Positions 41,260-50,279 of a stretch of DNA of 64,000 bases are shown in pieces (within the stretch, counting starts at the first letter, position 1; every line of letters begins with the position of its first letter). The stretch is from an uncultured Gammaproteobacteria bacterium (GTDB taxonomy: Bacteria; Pseudomonadota; Gammaproteobacteria; Competibacterales; JAHEDQ01): assembly GCA_963783675.1 (NCBI GenBank), contig CAWAOU010000027.1, forward strand, positions 13,221 to 77,220. Reading direction: 5' to 3'. The notes beneath the pieces are model-generated. The model was not told where the DNA came from. It was given only the letters and a program-made list of their open reading frames with translations, and made no database searches. A program made the position numbers and the translations under genes.

Positions 41260-41988
41260 GTGAAAGATCCATCTGCAACCCACCGCCGGAAAATCGATCA
41301 GTACAACACACCACAGGCAGCGAACCGGCTCATGAGACAGGTGTGCATGGTCTTAATCACGTGGCTGGCCTGGGCGCCGGTGGTGACGGCGGAGGCACCC
41401 GGCGTGCCGCGCTCCCCGGCCACAGGCGTTCTGCTGGTTGCGGATGAGGGTCTACGAGACCCCGGTTTTGCCCGCTCGGTGATTCTGCTCACTCAGTACA
41501 GCACGACTGACGGTGCGTTTGGTCTGATTCTGAATCAGCCCACGGGATTGCAGGTGCGCGACATCCTGGCGGATCCGGAGGCGGCACCAGGCTATGGGGC
41601 CCGGCTGTTCCGGGGCGGTCCGGTCTCACCCCAGCGAATATGGGTGCTGATCCGAGGCCAGACGCCGCACCCGCACGCGACCCAGGTGCTGGATGATATG
41701 CAAATCACTGCCAGTCGTGATGCGCTGCGAAGCGCGCTCGACCACGGCAACGCTGAGGACGTGCGCGTGTTCGCCGGATATGCCGGGTGGGCTGCCGGGC
41801 AGTTGGAGCAGGAAATCAAACGGGGTGACTGGCACCTGGCCCAAGCGAGCTCCCGGCAGGTACTTGCTCCCGACACGCCTGGCCTGTGGCGCCGGCTGCG
41901 GGACCGTGCACGCCAGCTTTGGGTGCAGCGTCTGCATCCGGACCAGGATCGGCGTATACACGGGACCGTCGGCCCGCAATCCACATGA
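41260..41988 (+). CDS. YqgE/AlgH family protein (UPF0301)
   Basis: LLVADEGLRDPGFARSVILL...GLILNQP...FRGGPV...VFAGYAGWAAGQLEQEI motifs. A possible later start at 41332 gives a signal-peptide-like N-terminus. Confidence 0.8.
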   Translation: MKDPSATHRRKIDQYNTPQAANRLMRQVCMVLITWLAWAPVVTAEAPGVPRSPATGVLLVADEGLRDPGFARSVILLTQYSTTDGAFGLILNQPTGLQVRDILADPEAAPGYGARLFRGGPVSPQRIWVLIRGQTPHPHATQVLDDMQITASRDALRSALDHGNAEDVRVFAGYAGWAAGQLEQEIKRGDWHLAQASSRQVLAPDTPGLWRRLRDRARQLWVQRLHPDQDRRIHGTVGPQST

Positions 41989-42677
41989 CCCCACTGCAAC
42001 CCGAAACCGCCGAGACTAAGCGGATGCTTGACGCCATCGAAGCCGATGTGCGGATGACGGCGCGGGAGACCGGACGCAACGCCTTGGGCCAAAGGGTCAT
42101 GGAGGCCATGGCCCGGGTCCCTCGACACCGCTTCGTACCGCCGGACTATCGCAGCCTGGCCTATGCAAACAGGCCGTTGCCCATAGGCCACGGGCAAACC
42201 ATATCCCAGCCCTACATCGTCGCCCTGATGACCGATCTGCTGAACCCGCAACCGCATCATCGGGTGTTGGAGATCGGTACCGGATGTGGGTATCAGACCG
42301 CGGTTCTGGCGGAGCTGGTAGCACAGGTCTATAGCGTGGAGATCGTATCCGAGCTGTCCCGGGTCGCCGGCGCGCGCCTCAGCGAACTCGGCTATGGCAA
42401 TATTCACCTGAGATCAGGCGACGGGTTCGGGGGATGGAAGGAACAGGCGCCCTTCGATGGCGTTCTGGTGACCGCGGCGCCAGACGCTGTTCCCCACTCC
42501 TTGCTGGAACAGTTGGCGCCGCACGGACGCCTCGTTGTGCCCATCGGTCCACGCTACGGAACTCAGATGCTGACCGTCGCAACCCATGGTCCGGGCGGCA
42601 CTGTGGAAACCGCGACCACCATCCCAGTGGTGTTTGTACCCATGATCGGCGGCGCTGGCCCATATCGAGCCACATGA
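41985..42677 (+). CDS. pcm: protein-L-isoaspartate O-methyltransferase
   Basis: VPRHRFVP, GHGQTISQPYIVALMTDLL and VLEIGTGCGYQTAVLAEL motifs. ATGA start/stop overlap with the upstream gene. Confidence 0.9.
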   Translation: MTPLQPETAETKRMLDAIEADVRMTARETGRNALGQRVMEAMARVPRHRFVPPDYRSLAYANRPLPIGHGQTISQPYIVALMTDLLNPQPHHRVLEIGTGCGYQTAVLAELVAQVYSVEIVSELSRVAGARLSELGYGNIHLRSGDGFGGWKEQAPFDGVLVTAAPDAVPHSLLEQLAPHGRLVVPIGPRYGTQMLTVATHGPGGTVETATTIPVVFVPMIGGAGPYRAT

Positions 42678-43070
42678 GAGCAGCCAGCCAGTGTTCCGTC
42701 CCATTCCATAGACGAATCAGCAGATGCCCGACCGGTAGGCATGTTAAAATTGTGGTTAAGGAAGGTCTGAACGATTGCTTCGATCGCGCCGGCATCTTTC
42801 CGCTCCCTCGTACAAGGGCACTAAGTGTAGTTGGCCCAGGGCCGATAAGTGAGTTGCCAATGAGCGAGGTGCAACGCGGTACCAGGGGCGCAAAGGCCCG
42901 GCCCCTCCGGGGTTTCGCCCACAAGGGCACATCTGCCGCGTTTCCCGGCTTGGCCATAGAATGACTATGGCGCTGCGCCGGGAGCCTCGCATCTGCGCCC
43001 TTGTGGACCGAAACGCGATTCGTATCAATTGTTCAGACCTTCCCTAAACTACCAACGGGAAAGAAAGCAA

Positions 43071-43853
43071 ATGCCAGCAGTGAATTTGAGGATACGCGGG
43101 GCCGCGCTGTTACTCGGTGCGCTCGTGCTTTCGATGACTCTGTCTACGCAGGTCCTCGCCCAGGCTCCCGCTGTGGACCCAGCCGCCACCCAGATCCTGC
43201 AACGTATGACCGAGTACCTTGATAGTCTGACGCAGTTCAGTGTCCACACCCAGAACGACGTCGAAGATTTGTTGGATTCGGGACAGAGAATCGACACCGT
43301 GGTGTCGGCAAGCGTTACCGTCAGCCGGCCGAACAAGTTGCTTGCAGAACGCCGCGGAGAGCAGGTCGACCAGGTGTTCTACTACGACGGAAAGTCCCTC
43401 ACGCTTTATAATACGGCGGGCATGGTATACGCGAGCGAGCCCGCGCCCGGGACCATCGAGGAGACACTGGATTTCGCGCGGGCATCTCTGGGACTGTTGG
43501 TACCGGCCGCCGACATGGTCTACCGCAACGCCTATCCGTTGATGATGCAAGACGTCACCTCCGCAATTGTGGTGGGGAAAACGGTCATTGGCGGAGTGCG
43601 GTGCGATCACCTGGCAGTCAGCCGTCCGGATGTGGATTTTCAGGTCTGGGTCGCAGACGGTGACCAACCACTGCCGTATATGTATGTCGTCACCGACAAG
43701 AGCACGCCGGCACTGGTGAGCGTATCCACGGTCATGAGCGAGTGGGACGTCTCGCCGGATATCGCAGACGAACGCTTCAGCTTCGTGCCACCGGAAGGGG
43801 TCTCCAAGATCGATTTCATGCCAGTCGACGTAAGCAGTGGCACCCAACCCTAG
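43071..43853 (+). CDS. DUF2092 (LolA-like fold) periplasmic protein
   Basis: Signal peptide. ILQRMTEYLDSLTQFSV...VTVSRPNKL...FYYDGKSLTLYN is typical of DUF2092. Confidence 0.7.
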   Translation: MPAVNLRIRGAALLLGALVLSMTLSTQVLAQAPAVDPAATQILQRMTEYLDSLTQFSVHTQNDVEDLLDSGQRIDTVVSASVTVSRPNKLLAERRGEQVDQVFYYDGKSLTLYNTAGMVYASEPAPGTIEETLDFARASLGLLVPAADMVYRNAYPLMMQDVTSAIVVGKTVIGGVRCDHLAVSRPDVDFQVWVADGDQPLPYMYVVTDKSTPALVSVSTVMSEWDVSPDIADERFSFVPPEGVSKIDFMPVDVSSGTQP

Positions 43854-43874
43854 AGACGCAACAGGAACGCGCCA

Positions 43875-44279
43875 ATGAAGACGAACCTCAAGTCCGCCAT
43901 TATCGGTGTGTGCACGGTTCTCATGTTCATGTTCGAACCGTCACCGCAGTTGCCGCTCCAAGTCGAACTGGTTCCCCAGGCTCATGCGGTCTTTGGCGTT
44001 CGACGCCGCGCTTTTCGCCGGGGCGTGATCATAGGTGGCAGCGCCGCAGCGGCAGAGACGGCCGCGGTCGCAGCCGACAGTCAGGCGGCGACCGCTCCGC
44101 CGCCCCCGGCTCCCGCAGCCTCCGGCGCGCCACTGCCGATCGGCACCGTCGTGCAGAGTCTGCCAGGGGGCTGCACATCGACACCCCAAGGTGGGGTGAA
44201 CTACTACTATTGCAGTGGGAATTTCTACCGAGCCGTGTTCCAGGGAAATCAATTGGTCTATGTCACGGCGAAGCCCTAA
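43875..44279 (+). CDS. hypothetical secreted protein with Ala/Pro-rich linker and C-terminal YYYC motif
   Basis: 134-aa ORF 22 nt after the DUF2092 gene. Hydrophobic N-terminus, low-complexity linker, C-terminal LPGGCTSTPQGGVNYYYCSGNFYRAVFQGNQLVYV. Confidence 0.5.
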   Translation: MKTNLKSAIIGVCTVLMFMFEPSPQLPLQVELVPQAHAVFGVRRRAFRRGVIIGGSAAAAETAAVAADSQAATAPPPPAPAASGAPLPIGTVVQSLPGGCTSTPQGGVNYYYCSGNFYRAVFQGNQLVYVTAKP

Positions 44280-44605
44280 ATCCAGTACCACAATCGGCTT
44301 CGCTGTTCGCTTCGTATCCACCGGCATCGGAAAGACCTGATAGCGCGGTCAAGCGCGGAGGCCGGGCCTTCCTAGCAGGTGGTGCGCCCCAGTTCATGGC
44401 AGGTGCAACGGATTGGGAATCCGTCTGCAATTGGGATCGAATCCGCACATGCTATGCCCTCCGTTTACCCACCCACCGCCTGGTGGTGCCCGACGGCGAA
44501 GCTTAATCCTTCCTCGAGTTCGACTCATCCCCGGTTTCCGGTTTACAGTCCTGGCTTGCGGACAGGGCATCAAACGTCGGTCCGAAGACTGACCCGCGTC
44601 CGGGC

Positions 44606-46009
44606 ATGGGTGTAGAGATGACTTCAATTCAGAGAACGGTGAGCCCGGTAAACGGCCAGGTCTATGTGGAGCGGCGCCAGGCAAGCGGCTCTGAAATCGA
44701 GCAATGTCTGGCGGCGGCCCACACGGCCCAGACCGAATGGCGTTGTACCGATGTATTGGAAAGGGCGGCGATCTGCAGCGCGTTCGCGGACGCATTGCTC
44801 GCCAACGGAGATGACATCGTCGAGGAGTTGAGCTGGCAAATGGGTCGCCCCATTGCCGCGGCGCCCGGGGAGCTGCGCGGCTTCGAGGAACGTGCCCGCC
44901 ATATGATCGGCATCGCCCCTCAGGCACTGGCCGACATCGAAGTTGCCCCGAACACCGGTTTCAGGAGGCGCATCCGGCGGGAACCCCTGGGTGTGGTGCT
45001 TACCGTAGCGGCCTGGAACTATCCCTATTTGATTGCCGTGAACAGCGTGGTCCCGGCACTCATGGCCGGAAACGCAGTGATTCTCAAGCACTCGGCGCAA
45101 ACACCGCTCTGCGCCGAGCGCTTCGCTGAAGCGTTTGCGACCGCGGGTCTGCCCGAAGGTGTGTTTCAGATATTGCATATGAGCCACGCCGCAACCGAAT
45201 CCGTCATCAAGGACCCACGCGTGGATTTTGTTGCCTTTACCGGTTCGGTCGAGGGCGGGCACGCCATCCAGCGCGCCGCATCGGATGGCTTTACCGGCAC
45301 CGGCCTGGAGCTGGGCGGCAAGGATCCGGCCTACGTCCGGGCCGATGCGGATCTGAACCATGCGGCGGAGAACCTGGTGGACGGCGCCTTCTTCAACTCC
45401 GGACAATCCTGCTGCGGAATCGAACGCATCTACGTTCACCAAAGCCTCTACAGCGGGTTCATCGACCAGTATGCGGACTTGACCCGGCAGTATCGGCTGG
45501 GAGATCCGCTGGATGCCGCCACCAATCTCGGACCCATGGTCCGCGCCGGCGCCGCCGACTTTGTCCGCGGGCAGATCGAACAAGCCGTTTCCCAGGGGGC
45601 CAACGCCCTGATCGATCCGGCCTCCTTCGCCGCTGACGCGCCGGGCACCGCCTATATGGCCCCACAGGTTCTGGTGGATGTCAGCCACGATATGCGGGTG
45701 ATGACCGAGGAGAGCTTTGGCCCGGTGGTGGGCATCATGCCGGTCGCCTCCGACGAACAGGCCCTGAGCCTGATGAACGACAGCCGATACGGCCTCACCG
45801 CGTCGATATGGACCCGGGACGCGGAGGCCGCCATGAGCTTGGCCGAGCGGCTCGACACCGGCACCTGTTTCATGAACCGCTGTGACTATCTGGACCCCGC
45901 TCTGGCCTGGGTCGGGGTGAAGGACTCGGGCCGCGGCTGCACGCTGTCCGCGGTGGGCTATGAGCATCTGACCCGGCCCAAGTCCTTTCACTTCAAAATC
46001 GAAATTTAG
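44606..46009 (+). CDS. NAD(P)-dependent aldehyde dehydrogenase
   Basis: ELGGKDP and FFNSGQSCCGIERIYV catalytic motifs. Alternative start at 44618. Confidence 0.9.
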   Translation: MGVEMTSIQRTVSPVNGQVYVERRQASGSEIEQCLAAAHTAQTEWRCTDVLERAAICSAFADALLANGDDIVEELSWQMGRPIAAAPGELRGFEERARHMIGIAPQALADIEVAPNTGFRRRIRREPLGVVLTVAAWNYPYLIAVNSVVPALMAGNAVILKHSAQTPLCAERFAEAFATAGLPEGVFQILHMSHAATESVIKDPRVDFVAFTGSVEGGHAIQRAASDGFTGTGLELGGKDPAYVRADADLNHAAENLVDGAFFNSGQSCCGIERIYVHQSLYSGFIDQYADLTRQYRLGDPLDAATNLGPMVRAGAADFVRGQIEQAVSQGANALIDPASFAADAPGTAYMAPQVLVDVSHDMRVMTEESFGPVVGIMPVASDEQALSLMNDSRYGLTASIWTRDAEAAMSLAERLDTGTCFMNRCDYLDPALAWVGVKDSGRGCTLSAVGYEHLTRPKSFHFKIEI

Positions 46010-46033
46010 CGTTTTGCGACTGAGGTAGCCCCA

Positions 46034-47212
46034 ATGACCGACCTCCAGCACCTATCGGGTAATTGGAATTATCCCACCACGGTTCGATTCGGCGTCGGCC
46101 GCATCCGTGAACTGCCCGATGCCTGCACCGAGTTGGGCATGCACAATCCACTGTTGGTCACCGACTCGGCTCTGGCTGAGTTGGCCATGGTGCAAACCGC
46201 AGTGGGGGCCTGCCGGGCGGCGGGCCTGGGCTGCGCCGTCTACTCCGAAGTGCAGGGCAACCCGGTGGAGAGCAACGTCAGCGGCGGCGTCAACGCCTAT
46301 CGGGAGGGCGGTCACGATGGCGTGATCGCTTTCGGCGGCGGCAGCGGTCTGGATGCCGCCAAAGCGATCGCTCTCATGGTAGGACAGAGTCGCCCGATCT
46401 GGGACTTCGAGGACAGGGAGGACTGGTGGACCCGGGTCGACACCCGCGCCCTGGCCCCGGTGGTGGCGGTGCCGACCACCTCCGGCACCGGATCCGAAGT
46501 AGGACGCTCCTCGGTGATCACCGACCAACGGGATCACACCAAGAAAATCATCTTCCACCCCCGTATGCTGCCGGCCATCGTCATCGCCGACCCGGCGCTC
46601 ACCACCGGGTTGCCACCCCATGTCACCGCCGCCGTGGGTATGGACGCCCTGTCCCACAACCTCGAGGCCTGGTGCAGTCCGATCTATCATCCCATGGCTC
46701 AGGGCATTGCGCTGGAGGGCATGCGGCTGGTCCACGATTGGCTTCTGGCCGCGTACCGTGGCGGCGACGACCTGGAGGCCCGGGCACACATGATGGTGGC
46801 CTCGACCATGGGCGCCACCGCATTCCAGAAGGGTCTTGGCGCAATGCACAGCCTGAGTCATCCCTGTGGATCCGTACTGGGCACCCACCATGGCCTGACC
46901 AATGCCGTGGTGATGCCCTATGTGCTGGCATTCAACCGCCCTGCCATCGAAGACAAGCTGACGCAGTTGGGGCGGTGTCTGGATTTGCCCGGGACCGGCC
47001 CCGATGCGGTAATCGACTGGGTTTTGAGACTGCGTGAGGATCTTGCTATTCCCAACACGCTGTCGGAACTGGGCGTCACTGATTCCCAGGTTGAGGCCCT
47101 GGCGCCCATGGCGGCACTCGACCCCACGGCGGCAACCAACCCGGTGCCGATGACGGTGGACTCCATGGCCTTACTGTATCGGCGCGCGATCGCGGGCGAA
47201 CTGGGCCTGTGA
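46034..47212 (+). CDS. iron-containing (group III) alcohol dehydrogenase
   Basis: 392 aa. GGGSGLDAAKAIA, PTTSGTGSEV and His-rich metal-site motifs (HNLEAW...HSLSHPCG). Confidence 0.9.
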   Translation: MTDLQHLSGNWNYPTTVRFGVGRIRELPDACTELGMHNPLLVTDSALAELAMVQTAVGACRAAGLGCAVYSEVQGNPVESNVSGGVNAYREGGHDGVIAFGGGSGLDAAKAIALMVGQSRPIWDFEDREDWWTRVDTRALAPVVAVPTTSGTGSEVGRSSVITDQRDHTKKIIFHPRMLPAIVIADPALTTGLPPHVTAAVGMDALSHNLEAWCSPIYHPMAQGIALEGMRLVHDWLLAAYRGGDDLEARAHMMVASTMGATAFQKGLGAMHSLSHPCGSVLGTHHGLTNAVVMPYVLAFNRPAIEDKLTQLGRCLDLPGTGPDAVIDWVLRLREDLAIPNTLSELGVTDSQVEALAPMAALDPTAATNPVPMTVDSMALLYRRAIAGELGL

Positions 47213-47258
47213 TTCCGGATCCCGAGGCGGGATTAGGCCGTCCGGGTGGAGCGCCGAC

Positions 47259-48098
47259 TTGAGCGAAATCCTGCCTCTGAGCGCGGCTGTGGTGGTGGAC
47301 ACAGACACCCTGAAGGGATATCTGGCTTTCGCCCACCGGCTGGTGAACGCCTCGGCCCAGGTGATAAAACCGCATTTCAGGGCCAACGGCAGGGTCGATA
47401 ACAAAGCCGGGCAAAGTGAGTACGACCCGGTCACACTCGCCGACCGGGATGCTGAAACAGCCATCCGGGCACTGATCCAGCAGCACCATCCCGACCACGG
47501 AATCTTCGGCGAAGAGCACGGTTTCGAAGCGGGGCGTTCGGGATTGACCTGGGTGATCGACCCCATCGACGGGACCCGAGCATTCATCACCGGTATGCCG
47601 CTGTGGGGCACGCTGCTGGCCCTGTTCGACGGCCAGCGGCCGCTGCTCGGAATCATGGACCAGCCGTTCACCGGCGAACGCTTTATCGGCAGCCGCCTGG
47701 GGGCCTGGCTGGAGCACGGAGGCCATCGCCACCCGCTGCGCACCCGCCCCTGTGACGACCTGGGGCACGCTGTCATGCAAACCACACATCCCGACATGTT
47801 TTCAGGCGACGCCGAGGCTGCGGCGTTCAATTCGCTGGTGAAGCGCGTCCAGCTCACCCGCTACAGCGGCGACTGCTATGCCTACTGCATGCTGGCCCAT
47901 GGTCTGATCGATCTGATTGTGGAGTCGAACCTGAAGCCGTATGACATCCAGGCGCTGATCCCGATCATCGAATCGGCAGGCGGGCGGGTGACGGATTGGC
48001 GGGGTAACGATCCGGTTCAGGGTGGACAAGTCGTTGCGGCCGGGGATGCACGACTGCATGCGCAAGCGCTGACGCTGCTGGCAGCGGGCGCGGTATGA
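47259..48098 (+). CDS. inositol monophosphatase family protein (histidinol-phosphatase HisN-like)
   Basis: WVIDPIDGTRAFITGMPLWGTLLAL and YSGDCYAYCMLAHGLIDL motifs. TTG start in the ORF track; the start is uncertain. Confidence 0.8.
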   Translation: MSEILPLSAAVVVDTDTLKGYLAFAHRLVNASAQVIKPHFRANGRVDNKAGQSEYDPVTLADRDAETAIRALIQQHHPDHGIFGEEHGFEAGRSGLTWVIDPIDGTRAFITGMPLWGTLLALFDGQRPLLGIMDQPFTGERFIGSRLGAWLEHGGHRHPLRTRPCDDLGHAVMQTTHPDMFSGDAEAAAFNSLVKRVQLTRYSGDCYAYCMLAHGLIDLIVESNLKPYDIQALIPIIESAGGRVTDWRGNDPVQGGQVVAAGDARLHAQALTLLAAGAV

Positions 48099-48113
48099 TC
48101 CCACCGACGGCGC

Positions 48114-48560
48114 TCAACCCCGCGGAAATCTCTGGGTGACCGGTCCATCCGCCGTCAGCAGCGTGTTGCTCAACACCCGTTCCTCGTGTTCCATACGCCA
48201 GCTCAGCAGTTTTTGCGCGTAGTGCAGCATTTGCTCCCGGTGGCCGGGGTCATTGGCGAGATTGTGAAATTCGTTGGGATCCCGCCTCAAATCGAACAGC
48301 AGCGGCGGCAGGGCGGTGAAGTGCACGTATTTGTAGCACGTGTCGCGGATCACGTTGAGCGCGCACTGGTCACTGGCCAAACCCAGTGCCACCTCGGCGC
48401 TCTGGGTCACAGGCTCGCGAAAATCAAAAGCCCAATGCACCTCTTCTCGCCAACGATCCGGCATCTCGCCCGCCAGCAGGGGGCTCAAAGACTGTCCGTC
48501 GCAGCCGGGCGGCGGCTGGATCCCCAGCCAGCATCTTGGTGTCGTTACATCCGGTTCCTG
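48114..48560 (-). pseudogene. sulfatase / alkaline-phosphatase-superfamily C-terminal fragment (5'-truncated)
   Basis: Only the C-terminal about 140 aa are present (...GIQPPPGCDGQSLSPLLAGE...LLFDLRRDPNEFHNLANDP...). The catalytic N-terminal domain is missing. Homology stops next to the lower-GC dsbA segment. Confidence 0.7.
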
Positions 48561-48592
48561 ATAAGAGGATTTACCGGTGTTTCAAACAAACA

Positions 48593-49249
48593 TCAACTTT
48601 CCCGGGCTTTTTCGGCTTTTTCTACGAGGAAGTTAATCACTTGGATCAGCGTTTCATGGCTTCCCGCCATGGATACCGAGGTTCGATATCGGCCGTCTAC
48701 GATGATCGCAGGTACTCCGGTGATGCCATATCGTCGGGACATGACGTGGGCGAAATTCAGTTTGTTTTCAACGGCGAAGGAGGAAAACGTATCTTTAACC
48801 GCTTGTCCGTCCGCTCCCATATCGGTTACCCATGCGGCTAATGCGTCGACGGTATCGATTCGTTTACGTTCTGCGTGGATGGCGTGGAAAAACTGGGCGT
48901 GGAATTCTTCGGTGAGTCCCAGGGCTTCGAAGGCGTAAAACGCTCTGGCGTGAAATGCCCACTGTTCATTAAGTACCGCTGGAATGGGAACAAATTCAAC
49001 GTTTTCTGGTTTGTTTTTTAGCCAATCAATGATGTATGGCTCAAGTCGGTAGCAATGAGGGCATCGGTACCAGAACATCTCAACCACTTCAATTTTATCC
49101 CCGGTTTGCACAGGCTGGATATCGGCGAGTAATTCATAATGCCCACCCTCTACGAAGGTGTTGTCTTGGGCCTGCAGAGGCGACAGAAAGAAGATGAACG
49201 CGAAAGCGAAGCTTCGCAATATTGAAGAGCGGGTGATCGTTTTTCTCAT
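48593..49249 (-). CDS. dsbA: thiol:disulfide interchange protein DsbA family
   Basis: Signal peptide MRKTITRSSILRSFAFAFIFFLSPLQA. CPHC active site (WYRCPHCYRLEP). Visibly lower GC than the flanks. Confidence 0.85.
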   Translation of the reverse strand: MRKTITRSSILRSFAFAFIFFLSPLQAQDNTFVEGGHYELLADIQPVQTGDKIEVVEMFWYRCPHCYRLEPYIIDWLKNKPENVEFVPIPAVLNEQWAFHARAFYAFEALGLTEEFHAQFFHAIHAERKRIDTVDALAAWVTDMGADGQAVKDTFSSFAVENKLNFAHVMSRRYGITGVPAIIVDGRYRTSVSMAGSHETLIQVINFLVEKAEKARES

Positions 49250-49254
49250 GATAG

Positions 49255-49817
49255 GAGTATAAGACGAACAAACGCCCTTTTCCGAAAGTTGATCGTGTAT
49301 CCCCAAGTCATCAAACAGTCGCCAAACCGCTTTTCAGTTTGGTGTCGGCCGTGATCGGCCCTTCTGGGCCGGCAGAAGCGGCCAAGATCGAGTAGTTCAG
49401 CCAATTTCTTAACGAATTCCCCGCATCGGGCCGAACGCGATCAAAGCCACAACGCTCAGCGTCGCAGTCGGGGGGTGTTACCGGGTAGCCCGGTTCAGTC
49501 GTCGAACCGTCCCGCCTGGGGCGGCGCCCGACACGGCGGCCGCCTCGTGGCTTGGGGCTCAACCGCTTTCGCATCCAGGTGGCTGAGGATCTTGTCGATG
49601 ACCTCCGGCTGCTCGATGCAGGCGATAATCCGCACCGCCCCACCGCAGGCCCGGCAGGTCTCAACGTCGATACCGAACACCCGCTTCAGACGCTGCGCCC
49701 AGGTCATTGAGGCGCGGCGTTCGGCCGGCGTCGCCTCCTCCCCATCCCCCGTCGCAGCACGCTGGCCTCCCCTGCCACGCTTGGCCGGTGTCACCCGCGC
49801 GCGGTATTTGCTGTTCG
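49255..49817 (-). mobile_element. IS91-family 3' (oriIS-proximal) fragment, copy 1 (563 bp)
   Basis: Near-identical to 59213-59775 and 62901-63463. Encodes only the last about 108 aa of the transposase (NSKYRARVTPAKR...). Ends exactly after an internal GTTC (ctgttcg) at 49817. Confidence 0.85.
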
Positions 49818-49975
49818 CAATCCTCGTCGGGAAGCCGCCATTCGTGATCGGTGCAGCAAAAGCCCGGAACAAGCCCGAAGTAATCATTCTATTTGCCTCA
49901 CTTCAACGGCCGATCCATAAACGGCCAACTCGAGGTGTAAAAGTGTGCCATGGGGAGCAAGCTTGGCTTTGCCAA

Positions 49976-50279
49976 CTAAGCTTGCGCCAAGACAGGCTGG
50001 ACTGCATTTGACCTGGTTGCCAAAGTCGTGGACGGGTATTCGCCGAACTCGCGTCTATAGGCGGCCGAAAACCTGCCGAGGTCGAAGAAACCAAACGAGA
50101 CAGCGACGTCGGTTACGGTTGTCCCGGACAAAGGAGCCGCCGAGAGTAGCCTCTGGCGCGCGCCGTGCAGCCTCTGCCGGCGCAACAGAGTGTAGACCGA
50201 GCAGCCGAACTCCGCCTGAACGCCGCGAGCCAGCGAGTTGACTCATAAAGAATGTAAGCGAAGGAGCGCGGCGGAGATT
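49976..50279 (-). pseudogene. AraC-family regulator C-terminal remnant
   Basis: SLARGVQAEFGCSVYTLLRRQRLHGARQRLL...VTDVAVSFGFFDLGRFSAAYRREFGEYPS is an AraC HTH-2 region. It has an in-frame TGA upstream and is cut by the IS at 50280. Confidence 0.6.

Noticed and set aside
44372-44453. tRNA-like segment (anticodon-arm-like acgga-ttgggaa-tccgt, T-loop-like gatcgaatcc, 6 of 7 acceptor pairing tagcagg/catgcta)
   Set aside because: The D-arm region is about 9 nt too long, the T-stem has only 3 of 5 pairs, T54 is replaced and there is no CCA. At best it is a degenerate tRNA remnant, and more likely chance. tRNAscan-SE or Infernal would decide.
44624-46051. 475-aa ORF antisense to the aldehyde dehydrogenase gene. 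Similar long antisense or out-of-frame ORFs occur at 54838-55767, 50288-51118, 46052-46891, 23137-24060 and 31963-32784.
   Set aside because: These are typical shadow ORFs of high-GC coding regions. Their sequences are low-complexity and Arg/Gly/Pro-rich, no motifs are present, and the opposite strand carries clearly recognisable enzymes.
49311-49664. Triplicated 117-aa ORF (also at 59269-59622 and 62957-63310), plus the 158/178-aa plus-strand ORFs, inside the IS91 3' modules
   Set aside because: They overlap the transposase C-terminal coding region out of frame or on the opposite strand, and they are compositionally biased. Their repetition simply reflects repetition of the IS fragment.
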